Shown one piece after another: positions 8,463 to 15,806 of a stretch of DNA of 32,000 bases. The number at the start of each line of letters is the position of its first letter. Position 1 is the first letter of the stretch. The notes beneath the pieces were generated by a model. It had not been told where the DNA came from. It was given only the letters and a program-made list of their open reading frames with translations, and ran no database searches. The stretch covers positions 360,001-392,000 of the forward strand of contig NZ_CP030918.1 of NCBI RefSeq assembly GCF_003324675.1. The letters run 5' to 3'. Made by a program: the position numbers and the translations under genes. The DNA is from Paracoccus suum. Lineage in GTDB: Bacteria; Pseudomonadota; Alphaproteobacteria; Rhodobacterales; Rhodobacteraceae.

Positions 8463-8629
8463 GCGGGGTCTCGCATCGGCACAGGGTGAGCGATGCTAGC
8501 CCACCGGCTGCCCACGCGGCAAGCGCGCCGAGGGCGCATGTTAGCGGGCAGCAGCGCGCGGCACCCTCGCGCGCCCGGCGCCTGCAGCCCCGCTTGCGCC
8601 GCGCCCGGCCAGCAGGCAAAAGAGGCCGT

Positions 8630-8706
8630 GGCCTCGTGGCTCAACTGGATAGAGCAGCCCCCTCCTAAGGGGCAGGTTGCAGGTTCAAATCCTGCCGGGG
8701 CCACCA
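8630..8706 (+). tRNA. tRNA-Arg (anticodon CCT)
   Basis: Cloverleaf folded by hand. Acceptor GGCCTCG/CGGGGCC (one G-U pair). D arm GCTC-AACTGGATA-GAGC. Anticodon stem GCCCC/GGGGC with loop CTCCTAA. Variable loop AGGTT. T arm GCAGG-TTCAAAT-CCTGC. Discriminator A, with CCA encoded. Confidence 0.93.
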
Positions 8707-8925
8707 TCACGTCGATCAATTGCGAGAGGTTTCAGGATATGCGGTTTTGCTCGCCTGAACCCGCGTGGCTCGCAGCACTCCCCCTCCCCGCGGCCCCGCA
8801 AGGGCGGTTTACGCGTTCAAGCCCTAGCTTTGTCTCGGGAATCCATCGGTTTGTTCAGGCTCGGGGTTTAAAGATGGTCATTCGATCCCGTCAGACCCGG
8901 CGCTTCGTACCCGATTTCTCCGGTT

Positions 8926-8942
8926 TTTTCACATTGTGAAAA
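8926..8942. promoter_or_regulatory. Perfect 17-bp AT-rich palindrome TTTTCACA-T-TGTGAAAA immediately upstream of the APH(6)-like gene (candidate operator)
   Basis: Read directly from the sequence. It has 8-bp arms with a 1-nt centre and ends 11 nt before ATG 8953. It lies in a visibly AT-richer spacer between the tRNA and the CDS. The binding factor is unknown. Confidence 0.4.
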
Positions 8943-8952
8943 GTTGCGCGCG

Positions 8953-9780
8953 ATGACACCGCCGCCCGTCTCCCTCCTGTCCTGGGTCGATCTCTGGCAT
9001 CTTGTTCAGGACGGCGAGCCGATCACGACGCGCGGCGCCGAGCTTTTACCGGTCCGGTGGCGTGGCGCACCCGCGATGCTCAAGCTGGCGACCGAGGAGG
9101 AGGAGAAGCTCGGGGGCGCTCTGCTGGAATGGTGGCAGGGCGTGGGCGCGGCGCGGCTTTTTGCGGCCGAGGGCGATGCCATCCTGATGGAGAGGGCGAC
9201 GGGCACGCGCTCCCTATCCCACTATGCTCGGAACGGCCGGGACGAGGAGGCCACCGCCATCCTCTGTGATACAGTCGCGTCGCTTCATGCGCCGCGCACC
9301 GGGCCGCGTCCCGAGCTGGTACCGCTCGAAATCTGGTTTCGCGAACTGGAGCCGGCGGCGCGCACGCATGGCGGCCTTCTGGCGCGCAGCCACCGCGAGG
9401 CGCAGGCGCTGCTGTCAAGCCAGCGCGATATTCGCGTCCTTCACGGCGATATTCACCACGACAATGTCCTCGACTTCGGGGCGCGCGGCTGGTTGGCGAT
9501 CGATCCGAAGCGTGTCGCCGGCGATCGCGCCTTCGACTACGCCAATATCTTCACCAATCCCGACCTTGACGATCCGTCCATCCCCGTCTCGACCCGGCCG
9601 GAACGCTTTGCCAGCCGGCTCGACATTGTCATTGAGCAGTCCGGCCTGGGACGCGAGCGCCTGCTCAGATGGCTCATCGCGTGGTGTGGCCTGTCCGCGG
9701 CCTGGTTCATCAGCGATGACGAGAGCCCTGCGCTCGACTTCGCCGTCATGGAGTTTGCCATCGCCGCCCTCGACGGGTGA
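8953..9780 (+). CDS. Aminoglycoside phosphotransferase family protein, APH(6)/streptomycin 6-kinase-like
   Basis: The tracked ORF starts at TTG 8944, and the first ATG is at 8953. The kinase catalytic loop VLHGDIHHDNVL and the Mg-binding LAIDPK are present. Overall length (275 aa) and layout resemble the StrA/StrB-type APH(6) family. Substrate is not determinable from sequence. Confidence 0.75.
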   Translation: MTPPPVSLLSWVDLWHLVQDGEPITTRGAELLPVRWRGAPAMLKLATEEEEKLGGALLEWWQGVGAARLFAAEGDAILMERATGTRSLSHYARNGRDEEATAILCDTVASLHAPRTGPRPELVPLEIWFRELEPAARTHGGLLARSHREAQALLSSQRDIRVLHGDIHHDNVLDFGARGWLAIDPKRVAGDRAFDYANIFTNPDLDDPSIPVSTRPERFASRLDIVIEQSGLGRERLLRWLIAWCGLSAAWFISDDESPALDFAVMEFAIAALDG

Positions 9781-9881
9781 TCCAGCGCAGACCGGCGAAA
9801 TTGCCCGAGGTTCAGCAGCCGGCCCCTGCCTTTTGTCGGCAGACCCCGTAATACGATCTCGTCGTGGAAGCTGCTCGGCGC

Positions 9882-9909
9882 GTTGTTGAGTATTTCACTA
9901 AGATATAAT
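9882..9909 (+). promoter_or_regulatory. Candidate sigma-70-type promoter for exbB (GTTGTT/TTGTTG ... TATAAT)
   Basis: A perfect TATAAT sits at 9904-9909, inside an AT-rich stretch 40 nt upstream of the exbB ATG. A weak -35-like TTGTTG at 9883-9888 gives 15-16 nt spacing, which is suboptimal. The call is purely pattern-based. Confidence 0.3.
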
Positions 9910-9948
9910 AACTGCCGGTCGATTGCACTCGAAAAACAGCGAGCCTCG

Positions 9949-10749
9949 ATGCGTTGCCATACTCTTGCCATCTGCGCCCGTTCGATCGCAGCCGCTCTAG
10001 CCATTGCCGCGCCCGGGGCCGCGGCTGCCCAAGGCGTCCTGGCTGACACGCTACCGCATGACCTTTCCCCTTGGGGTATGTTCCTGGCAGCGGATGTGGT
10101 TGTGAAAGGGGTCATGATCGGCCTCGCCGTCGCCTCGATCGTCACCTGGACGATTGCCCTTTTCAAGCTGTTCGAGGTGATCGGCGCCCAAGGCGCTGCG
10201 CGTGCCAGCCAAAAGCGCATCGCCGCGGCTGGTACGCTGGCGGGGGCGGGTCAGGCGGTCGCGGGCCGGCGCGATCCGGTCGCGCGCATGCTGCGCGCCG
10301 CAGGGCGCGAGGTGCAGGCCGCCCGTCCAGCGTTGCACGCGACCGGCCTCGCCGGGGTCAAGGAGCGCGTCGCCTCGGCCTTGTCGCGGATCGAGGCCGC
10401 AGCGGGCCGTAAACTCGCCGCCGGAACCGGCCTGCTGGCGACGATCGGCGCGACCGCGCCCTTTGTCGGTCTGTTCGGGACGGTCTGGGGCATCATGAAC
10501 GCTTTCGTCGGCATCTCTCGCGCGCAGACCACCAACCTCGCTGTGGTCGCGCCTGGGATCGCCGAGGCGCTGCTTGCGACGGCGCTGGGCCTCGTCGCCG
10601 CGATTCCGGCGGTGGTGATCTACAATTTTTGCGCCCGCGCGACGGCCGCTCACCGGGCCCAGTTGCGCGACAACGCCGCGCTGATCGAGCGGTTGGTCAG
10701 CCGCTCGCTCGACCACAGCATCGCCGCCCCGCGCAATGGGGGGCGGTAA
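9949..10749 (+). CDS. exbB: MotA/TolQ/ExbB proton channel family protein (long-form ExbB with N-terminal signal-like extension)
   Basis: In frame with tracked ORF 9883..10749. ATG at 9949 gives [29 protein letters not shown] (signal-like). The ExbB core follows: [24 protein letters not shown]...[26 protein letters not shown]. ExbD and TonB genes follow. Confidence 0.85.
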   Translation: MRCHTLAICARSIAAALAIAAPGAAAAQGVLADTLPHDLSPWGMFLAADVVVKGVMIGLAVASIVTWTIALFKLFEVIGAQGAARASQKRIAAAGTLAGAGQAVAGRRDPVARMLRAAGREVQAARPALHATGLAGVKERVASALSRIEAAAGRKLAAGTGLLATIGATAPFVGLFGTVWGIMNAFVGISRAQTTNLAVVAPGIAEALLATALGLVAAIPAVVIYNFCARATAAHRAQLRDNAALIERLVSRSLDHSIAAPRNGGR

Positions 10750-11188
10750 GGTGGCCGGCGGGTTGATCGGCCGTGGCGACGACGAGGACGTCCCAGAACT
10801 GTCCGAGATCAACGTCACGCCCTTTATCGACGTGATGCTGGTCCTTCTGATCATCTTCATGGTCGCGGCGCCCTTGGCGACGGTTGACGTCAATGTCGAC
10901 CTGCCGGCCTCGAACGCCGCGTCCGCCCCGCGCCCGGATGCTCCCGTTTATGTCACCGTCCAGCCCGACCTGTCGCTGCTGGTCGGTGATCGGCCGGTCG
11001 CGGCCGAGGCGCTCGGGCCGGCACTCGCGGAGGTGACCGGCGGCGATCCCGAGGCGCGGATCTTCCTGCGCGCGGATCGAACGGTCGAATACGGCGCGCT
11101 GATGGCGGTCATGAACAGCCTGCGTGACAGCGGCCATCCGCGCATTGCCTTGGTCGGGCTGGAGGCCGCGGCGAGTAACGCGCCATGA
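10736..11188 (+). CDS. exbD: Biopolymer transport protein ExbD/TolR
   Basis: 150-aa [27 protein letters not shown] is the hallmark TM segment, and the periplasmic domain contains [24 protein letters not shown]. The start is either ATG 10736 (overlapping exbB by 14 nt) or GTG 10751. Confidence 0.85.
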   Translation: MGGGKVAGGLIGRGDDEDVPELSEINVTPFIDVMLVLLIIFMVAAPLATVDVNVDLPASNAASAPRPDAPVYVTVQPDLSLLVGDRPVAAEALGPALAEVTGGDPEARIFLRADRTVEYGALMAVMNSLRDSGHPRIALVGLEAAASNAP

Positions 11189-12066
11189 CCGGCATTGGCG
11201 GGCGGTCCCTGGCCTGGCTGGCTGCCGCCGCTGCGGCCCTCGCCGTTCACGCGGGGGCAGCGGCTGCATTGCTGCGCCAGATGCCGCCGCCAGCGGTTCT
11301 GGCGGAGCCTGTGGTGGTCGATCTCTTGCCCGCGGACGCCGTGCTGACTTCGACCGCTGCGACAGCTTTCGAGGTCCCGCCAAGCCCACTACCCCCCATC
11401 GACTCACCGCCGGAGTTTCCCGAGCCCGAGATAGCGTCGGAGCCTGTCCCCGCACCTTCTTCTGCGCCCGAGCCTGCCCCAGAGCCGGTCGTGCCATCTG
11501 AGATCGAGCTGCCACCGCTGCCGAGCTTGCCTGAGCTGGCTGCTGTTGAGGCCCCCTCCGAGCCTGTCGCAGTCCGACCGCTCGCCCGGCCTCGGGATAT
11601 TCAGGCCGAGCCGATGGTCGAGCCGTCGGTCGAGCCCAAGGCGGAAACGCGGCGCGAGTCGAAACGGCAAGCCGAAAAACCGGCCGAGCGCAGACGCGAG
11701 GCGACCAAACCCGCCAAAGCCAAAGCGGCCAATCCCGCTGGCGCATCTGCCTCGGCGGGGGGCCGCGCCGCGGGCCTTCCGGCTGGTCAGGCTGCGGCAA
11801 GGTCGCCGCAATCCATTGCCAGCTGGAAAAGGGCAGCCCAGGCTGCAGTTGCCCGCCACATGACGCGCAAGCGCTATGGTCGCAAAGGGGTCGTCGGTGT
11901 CGTCATCACCGTCGCCGCCAGCGGTCGGGTTACGGGCGCTTCGCTGGCAGCCAGCAGCGGCGATCCCGTCGTCGATTCGCGCGTGCTCGCCCAGCTTAGA
12001 AGTCTTGGCCGCCTGCCCGCGCCTCCCGGTCCCCAGACCTTGAGCGTTCGGTTTCAGTCGAAATAG
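11185..12066 (+). CDS. tonB: Energy transducer TonB
   Basis: ATGA overlap with exbD at 11185-11188. There is one N-terminal TM helix with a His (LAVHAG). A long Pro/Glu-rich spacer (PPSPLPPIDSPPEFPEPEIASEPVPAP...) and a Lys/Arg-rich stretch follow. A TonB_C-like end is present (GVVGVVITVAASGRVTGASLAASSGDPVVDSRVL). Confidence 0.8.
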   Translation: MTGIGGRSLAWLAAAAAALAVHAGAAAALLRQMPPPAVLAEPVVVDLLPADAVLTSTAATAFEVPPSPLPPIDSPPEFPEPEIASEPVPAPSSAPEPAPEPVVPSEIELPPLPSLPELAAVEAPSEPVAVRPLARPRDIQAEPMVEPSVEPKAETRRESKRQAEKPAERRREATKPAKAKAANPAGASASAGGRAAGLPAGQAAARSPQSIASWKRAAQAAVARHMTRKRYGRKGVVGVVITVAASGRVTGASLAASSGDPVVDSRVLAQLRSLGRLPAPPGPQTLSVRFQSK

Positions 12067-12397
12067 GCCCACAAAGCGTCCGTCCTCGGCGACTGGAAAT
12101 GGGGGCACGAGCGGCTTCCCTTGATCCAGCACTAGCCGAGAGACGACGCGCAGGCGGGGCAATGGGCCGCTGGGTTCCAGCCTCAGTCTGGCCACCCATC
12201 GTTATCCGGCGCGACCGGAGAGACAAGCGCACCAGTCGCCCACACCAGTGGCTGGAACTCCAATCCGCTCGGCACCCGTCATCCACCGACAGCGGAGGGT
12301 GCAGGCGCGCATCTCGCTGGCTATAAGGGCCGGAATTCCAACACAAGATGGCAGCCGTCAACGAGTGAAAGCCCGACCGGCCACCGCGCCGCGTCCC

Positions 12398-13678
12398 TTA
12401 CTCGATCCGCGTCACCAGCACCTTGTCGATGCGGCGCCCGTCCATGTCCATCACCTCGATCTGCCACGGGCCGATCTCGGCGGTATCGCCAACCTCGGGC
12501 AGGCGGCCCATCCGGTCCAGCACGAGGCCGGCGACGGTCTCGTAATCGCGGGGAGTCTGCAGGGTGATGCGCAGTTGGTCGGCCAACTCATCGGCGGGCA
12601 TCCAGCCAGCGACCAGCAGGCTGCCATCGGCGCGGGTGGTGACCTTGGGCTCTTCGACCTCGCCATCGGCGAACTCGCCGGTGATCGCCTCGAGCAGGTC
12701 CATCGGGGTCACCATCCCCTCGAAATGGCCATATTCGTCATAGACAAACAGCATCCGCGTCGGCGCGGCGCGCAGCCGCTCCAGCACTTCGAGGGCCCCC
12801 ATGCCCTCGCGGATGACCTCGACCTGCTCCATCGCGGCCACAAGATCGAACGGCGCTCCCGCCTGACGCTGCGCAAGGATCGTCGAGAGCGAAACCACAC
12901 CCTCGATCTCGCCGCGGGCGTCGGCGACCGGCAGGCGGCTGGTACCGCTGTCGGCAAAGGCCAGCACGGCCTGCTCGAAACTAGCGTCCGACGGCAGCAC
13001 CGAGACCTCGTGCCGCGGGGTCATGATGCCGCGGGCGGTCCGGTCGGCCACGCGCATGACGGCGGCAATCATCTCGGTTTCGGCCGGCTTCATGACGCCG
13101 GCACTCTCGGCCTCCGAGATGATCATCTTCACCTCTTCGTCGCTGACCGAATTCTCGCTGGCCTCGGACAGGCCCAAAAGACGCAGCAGCGACTTGCCCG
13201 AATGGTCGAGCAGCCAGACAAGCGGCGAGACAACGACTGCCAGCCGACGCAGCCAGGGGGCAACGCGGGCTGCCACCGTCTCGGGCGCACGCAAGGCAAT
13301 CTGCTTGGGCACCAGCTCCCCCACGACCAGCGAGAGGTAGGTGATCAGCACGACGACCACGCCCACACCCAAGGGTTGGGCGACGCCCGGCGTCAGGCCC
13401 GCGCCGACGAGCGCGTTCGCCAGCCGGTTGCCCAGCGTGGCACCCGACACCGCACCTGCCAGAATGCCGACCAGCGTGATGCCGATCTGGACGCTGGACA
13501 GGAATTTGCCCGGATCGTCCGCCAGTTCGATGGCGGTGGCGGCACCGCGGTTGCCGTTGTCCGCCATGACTTTCAGCCGCGCAGTGCGGGCCGACACGAC
13601 CGCCAGCTCGGACATCGAAAGGACGCCGTTGACCACGGTCAGCAGCAGGACGGCCAGAATTTCGATCAGCATCGCCAT
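12398..13678 (-). CDS. CNNM (DUF21)-CBS-CorC_HlyC family protein (hemolysin-like / putative Mg2+/Co2+ efflux, TlyC/CorB type)
   Basis: 426-aa ORF. The N-terminal membrane domain contains LSMSELAVVSAR and GELVPK. The CBS pair region follows (IMTPRHEV...). The C-terminal transporter-associated domain is GWMPADEL...YETVAGLVLDRMGRLPEVGD. Confidence 0.9.
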   Translation of the reverse strand: MAMLIEILAVLLLTVVNGVLSMSELAVVSARTARLKVMADNGNRGAATAIELADDPGKFLSSVQIGITLVGILAGAVSGATLGNRLANALVGAGLTPGVAQPLGVGVVVVLITYLSLVVGELVPKQIALRAPETVAARVAPWLRRLAVVVSPLVWLLDHSGKSLLRLLGLSEASENSVSDEEVKMIISEAESAGVMKPAETEMIAAVMRVADRTARGIMTPRHEVSVLPSDASFEQAVLAFADSGTSRLPVADARGEIEGVVSLSTILAQRQAGAPFDLVAAMEQVEVIREGMGALEVLERLRAAPTRMLFVYDEYGHFEGMVTPMDLLEAITGEFADGEVEEPKVTTRADGSLLVAGWMPADELADQLRITLQTPRDYETVAGLVLDRMGRLPEVGDTAEIGPWQIEVMDMDGRRIDKVLVTRIE

Positions 13679-13681
13679 GTC

Positions 13682-14446
13682 TCAGCTGAACGCATGGCTC
13701 AGAAGGTAGACTCCGGCCTTGACCGAGGCCCAGACGACCCCGCTGACCACCACCAGCGACAGGGCCCCGACGATTGCCCCCATGATAACCCACAGCCCGT
13801 CCCGCTCGAGCAGGCCGAGAGCGAGGACCGAAACCGCGAGGGCGGGCAGCATGTTGCCCAGCGGAATGGGCAGTGCGACGGAAAGGGCGAGGACAAGGCA
13901 GAATGCGCCGATGGCCATTTCCGCGGCGGGGCTGACCAGCGGCGACAGGCGCGGGCGCAACATCCGCTCGGCCCGGGCCAGCAGAGGCACGGCGCGATCG
14001 ACGAGTGCCGAGAAGTCCGACAGGCGCATGGAGCGGGCTGCGACGACCTTGGGCAGCCATGGCTGGCGGCGCAGCATCATCTGCGAGGCTAGGTAGATCA
14101 TCGGCAGCCCCAGCAGCGCCGAGGTTCCGGGCGGCGTCGGGATGGCATTTGGCGCGGCAAACAGGAACAGCAAAGTGGCGGTAGCGCGGCCGGGCATGGC
14201 GGCGACGATATCGCCGATCGACACCCTCTCGAGGCGGCTGTCATCGGCGATCTTGCGCAGAATTTCGGACAGCCGCGCGCGCGGCGCGGGAGGCGCGGGC
14301 AGCAGCGGCGGTCGTTGCGGACCCGTTTCGTCCTCGCCCTCGGATGCGCCCGTGGAAGCGGGCGGAGAATCCGCGTTCGAAGCGATGCCCCCCGAGGGAG
14401 GCACAGCGGTCAGCGGGCGGGGCCGAGGGTCGGGCGACAGTCTCAT
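13682..14446 (-). CDS. exoD: Exopolysaccharide biosynthesis protein ExoD family (membrane protein)
   Basis: 254-aa ORF with AAGGTGAG upstream of ATG 14446. The core RVSIGDIVAAMPGRATATLLFLFAAPNAIPTPPGTSALLGLPMIYLASQMMLRR...LPALAVSVLALGLLERDGLWV matches the ExoD family as I remember it. The first 55 aa are low-complexity. Its stop lies 3 nt before the CNNM gene start. Confidence 0.8.
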   Translation of the reverse strand: MRLSPDPRPRPLTAVPPSGGIASNADSPPASTGASEGEDETGPQRPPLLPAPPAPRARLSEILRKIADDSRLERVSIGDIVAAMPGRATATLLFLFAAPNAIPTPPGTSALLGLPMIYLASQMMLRRQPWLPKVVAARSMRLSDFSALVDRAVPLLARAERMLRPRLSPLVSPAAEMAIGAFCLVLALSVALPIPLGNMLPALAVSVLALGLLERDGLWVIMGAIVGALSLVVVSGVVWASVKAGVYLLSHAFS

Positions 14447-14543
14447 CGGAACTCACCTTAGGGCCAGGCGCAGGGCGGCGCAACGCGGCATGATCGGCGC
14501 GGACCCACGCGCCGTCCCGCCCGCTCGCCCGGCGGGCCGCGGC

Positions 14544-15767
14544 TCAGATCGCGCGATCACCCTCGGCGTCGATGACGCGGGTCGGCAGGCCCATCTCGCC
14601 CAGCAGTTCCAGGAACGGACGCGCGGGCAGGTCCTCGACATTGGCCATCCGCTTGACGGCCCACGGACCGCGCGCGATCAGGATCGCCGCCGCGACCGGG
14701 GGCACGCCAGCGGTGTAGCTGATGCCCTGGCTGCCGACTTCGTTGTAGGCGTCCTTGTGGTCGGCGACGTTGTAGATGAACACTTCGCCCGGCTTGCCGT
14801 CGCGCGTCCCCTTGACCAGATCGCCGATGCAGGTCTTGCCGGTATAATCCGGGGCGAGGCTGGCCGGATCGGGCAGAACCGCCTTGACCAGCTTCAGCGG
14901 TACGACCTGCTGCCCCTCAGCAGTGGTCACCGGCTGCTCGGACAGCAGACCGAGGTTCTTGAGGACCGTGAACACGTTGATGTAATGCGGCCCGAAACCC
15001 ATCCAGAAGCGGACATCCGCGTCCTTGTAGCGGGCGCTGAGGCTGTGAACCTCGTCATGACCGGACAGGTAGGCGGTCTGCTTTCCGACCACCGGCAGAT
15101 CCCATTCGCGGCCGACTTCGAACATCTCGTTCTCGCGCCATTCGCCGCCCTGCCAGGAATAGACCGCGCCGGTGAATTCGCGGAAGTTGATCTCGGGGTC
15201 GAAATTGGTGGCGAACCAGCGACCGTGCGATCCGGCATTGATATCGACGATGTCGATGCTGTCGATCTTGTCGAAATACTCGTCCTCGGCGAGGCGCGCA
15301 TAGGCGTTGACCACGCCCGGGTCGAACCCCGCCCCGAGGATCGCCGTCACCCCAGCTGCCTCGCAGGCCTCGCGGCGCTGCCATTCGTAGTTCGCATACC
15401 AGGGGGGGGTCTCGCAGACCTTGCCGGGATCCTCATGGATGGCCGTGTCGATATAGGCGGCGCCGGTGTCGATGCAGCCTTGCAGGACCGTCATGTTGAT
15501 GAAGGCGCTGCCGACGTTGATGACGATTCCCGCCTCCGTCGCCCGGATCAGTTCGGCCACGGCCGCGCTGTCCATCGCGTCGAGTGCATGGGTCGTGATC
15601 ACCGCCTCCAGCCCCTTGGCCCGGATGCCCTCGGCAATGGCGTCGGCCTTGGCCCGGGTGCGGCTCGCCATATGCAGTGCGCCGAACTCGGCCGCCCATT
15701 GCGCGCATTTGTGCGCCGTCACCTGGGCGACACCGCCGGCACCGATAATCAGGACATTGGGTTTCAT
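14544..15767 (-). CDS. Carboxynorspermidine/carboxyspermidine dehydrogenase (saccharopine dehydrogenase family)
   Basis: 407-aa ORF. It opens with the Rossmann motif MKPNVLIIGAGGVAQV. The length is typical of CANSDH, and it lies directly downstream of a carboxynorspermidine decarboxylase gene, with GGAGA upstream of the ATG. Confidence 0.85.
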   Translation of the reverse strand: MKPNVLIIGAGGVAQVTAHKCAQWAAEFGALHMASRTRAKADAIAEGIRAKGLEAVITTHALDAMDSAAVAELIRATEAGIVINVGSAFINMTVLQGCIDTGAAYIDTAIHEDPGKVCETPPWYANYEWQRREACEAAGVTAILGAGFDPGVVNAYARLAEDEYFDKIDSIDIVDINAGSHGRWFATNFDPEINFREFTGAVYSWQGGEWRENEMFEVGREWDLPVVGKQTAYLSGHDEVHSLSARYKDADVRFWMGFGPHYINVFTVLKNLGLLSEQPVTTAEGQQVVPLKLVKAVLPDPASLAPDYTGKTCIGDLVKGTRDGKPGEVFIYNVADHKDAYNEVGSQGISYTAGVPPVAAAILIARGPWAVKRMANVEDLPARPFLELLGEMGLPTRVIDAEGDRAI

Positions 15768-15806
15768 CGCTTCGACTGTCTCCGTCAGGGATGGCAGGGG
15801 AAGGCG

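Noticed and set aside
8538-8553. GntR/LacI-type operator in the regulator-tRNA intergenic region (ATGTTAGCGGGCAGCA)
   Set aside because: The left half resembles the ATGTTACCG half-site of gluconate-repressor operators. The right half matches only about 4 of 7 palindromic positions, which is not enough to call.
9811-9817. Direct repeat of the tRNA-Arg 3-prime end right after the APH(6) gene (AGGTTCA)
   Set aside because: Only 7 nt match and the identity does not extend. That is expected by chance in 32 kb.
9886-9914. Fur, Irr (ICE) or RirA (IRO) box upstream of exbB
   Set aside because: The region is AT-rich. I could not align it to GATAATGATAATCATTATC, TTTAGAA-N3-TTCTAAA or TGA-N9-TCA without many mismatches. 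I left it as a question in the findings.
12170-12198. A second tRNA gene or tRNA pseudogene
   Set aside because: A T-arm-like unit (CTGGG-TTCCAGC-CTCAG) plus TCTGGCC-A-CCCA is present. No complementary 5-prime acceptor strand, D arm or anticodon arm can be folded upstream. I kept it only as a possible att-like scar in the findings.
12067-12397. Cobalamin riboswitch, TPP riboswitch, two-piece alpha-tmRNA, RNase P, 6S or SRP RNA in the tonB/CNNM spacer
   Set aside because: - GCCACTGG and CCGGATAAC-like strings caught my eye on the minus strand.
- The obligatory cores are absent or out of order: GGGAA...AATCCGG...AGCCAGGAGACCTGCC for B12, and CTGAGA...ACCTGATC...GGGA for TPP.
- No tmRNA tag reading frame (ANDN...LAA) or TCCACCA end is present.
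- No gene lies downstream for a riboswitch to control.
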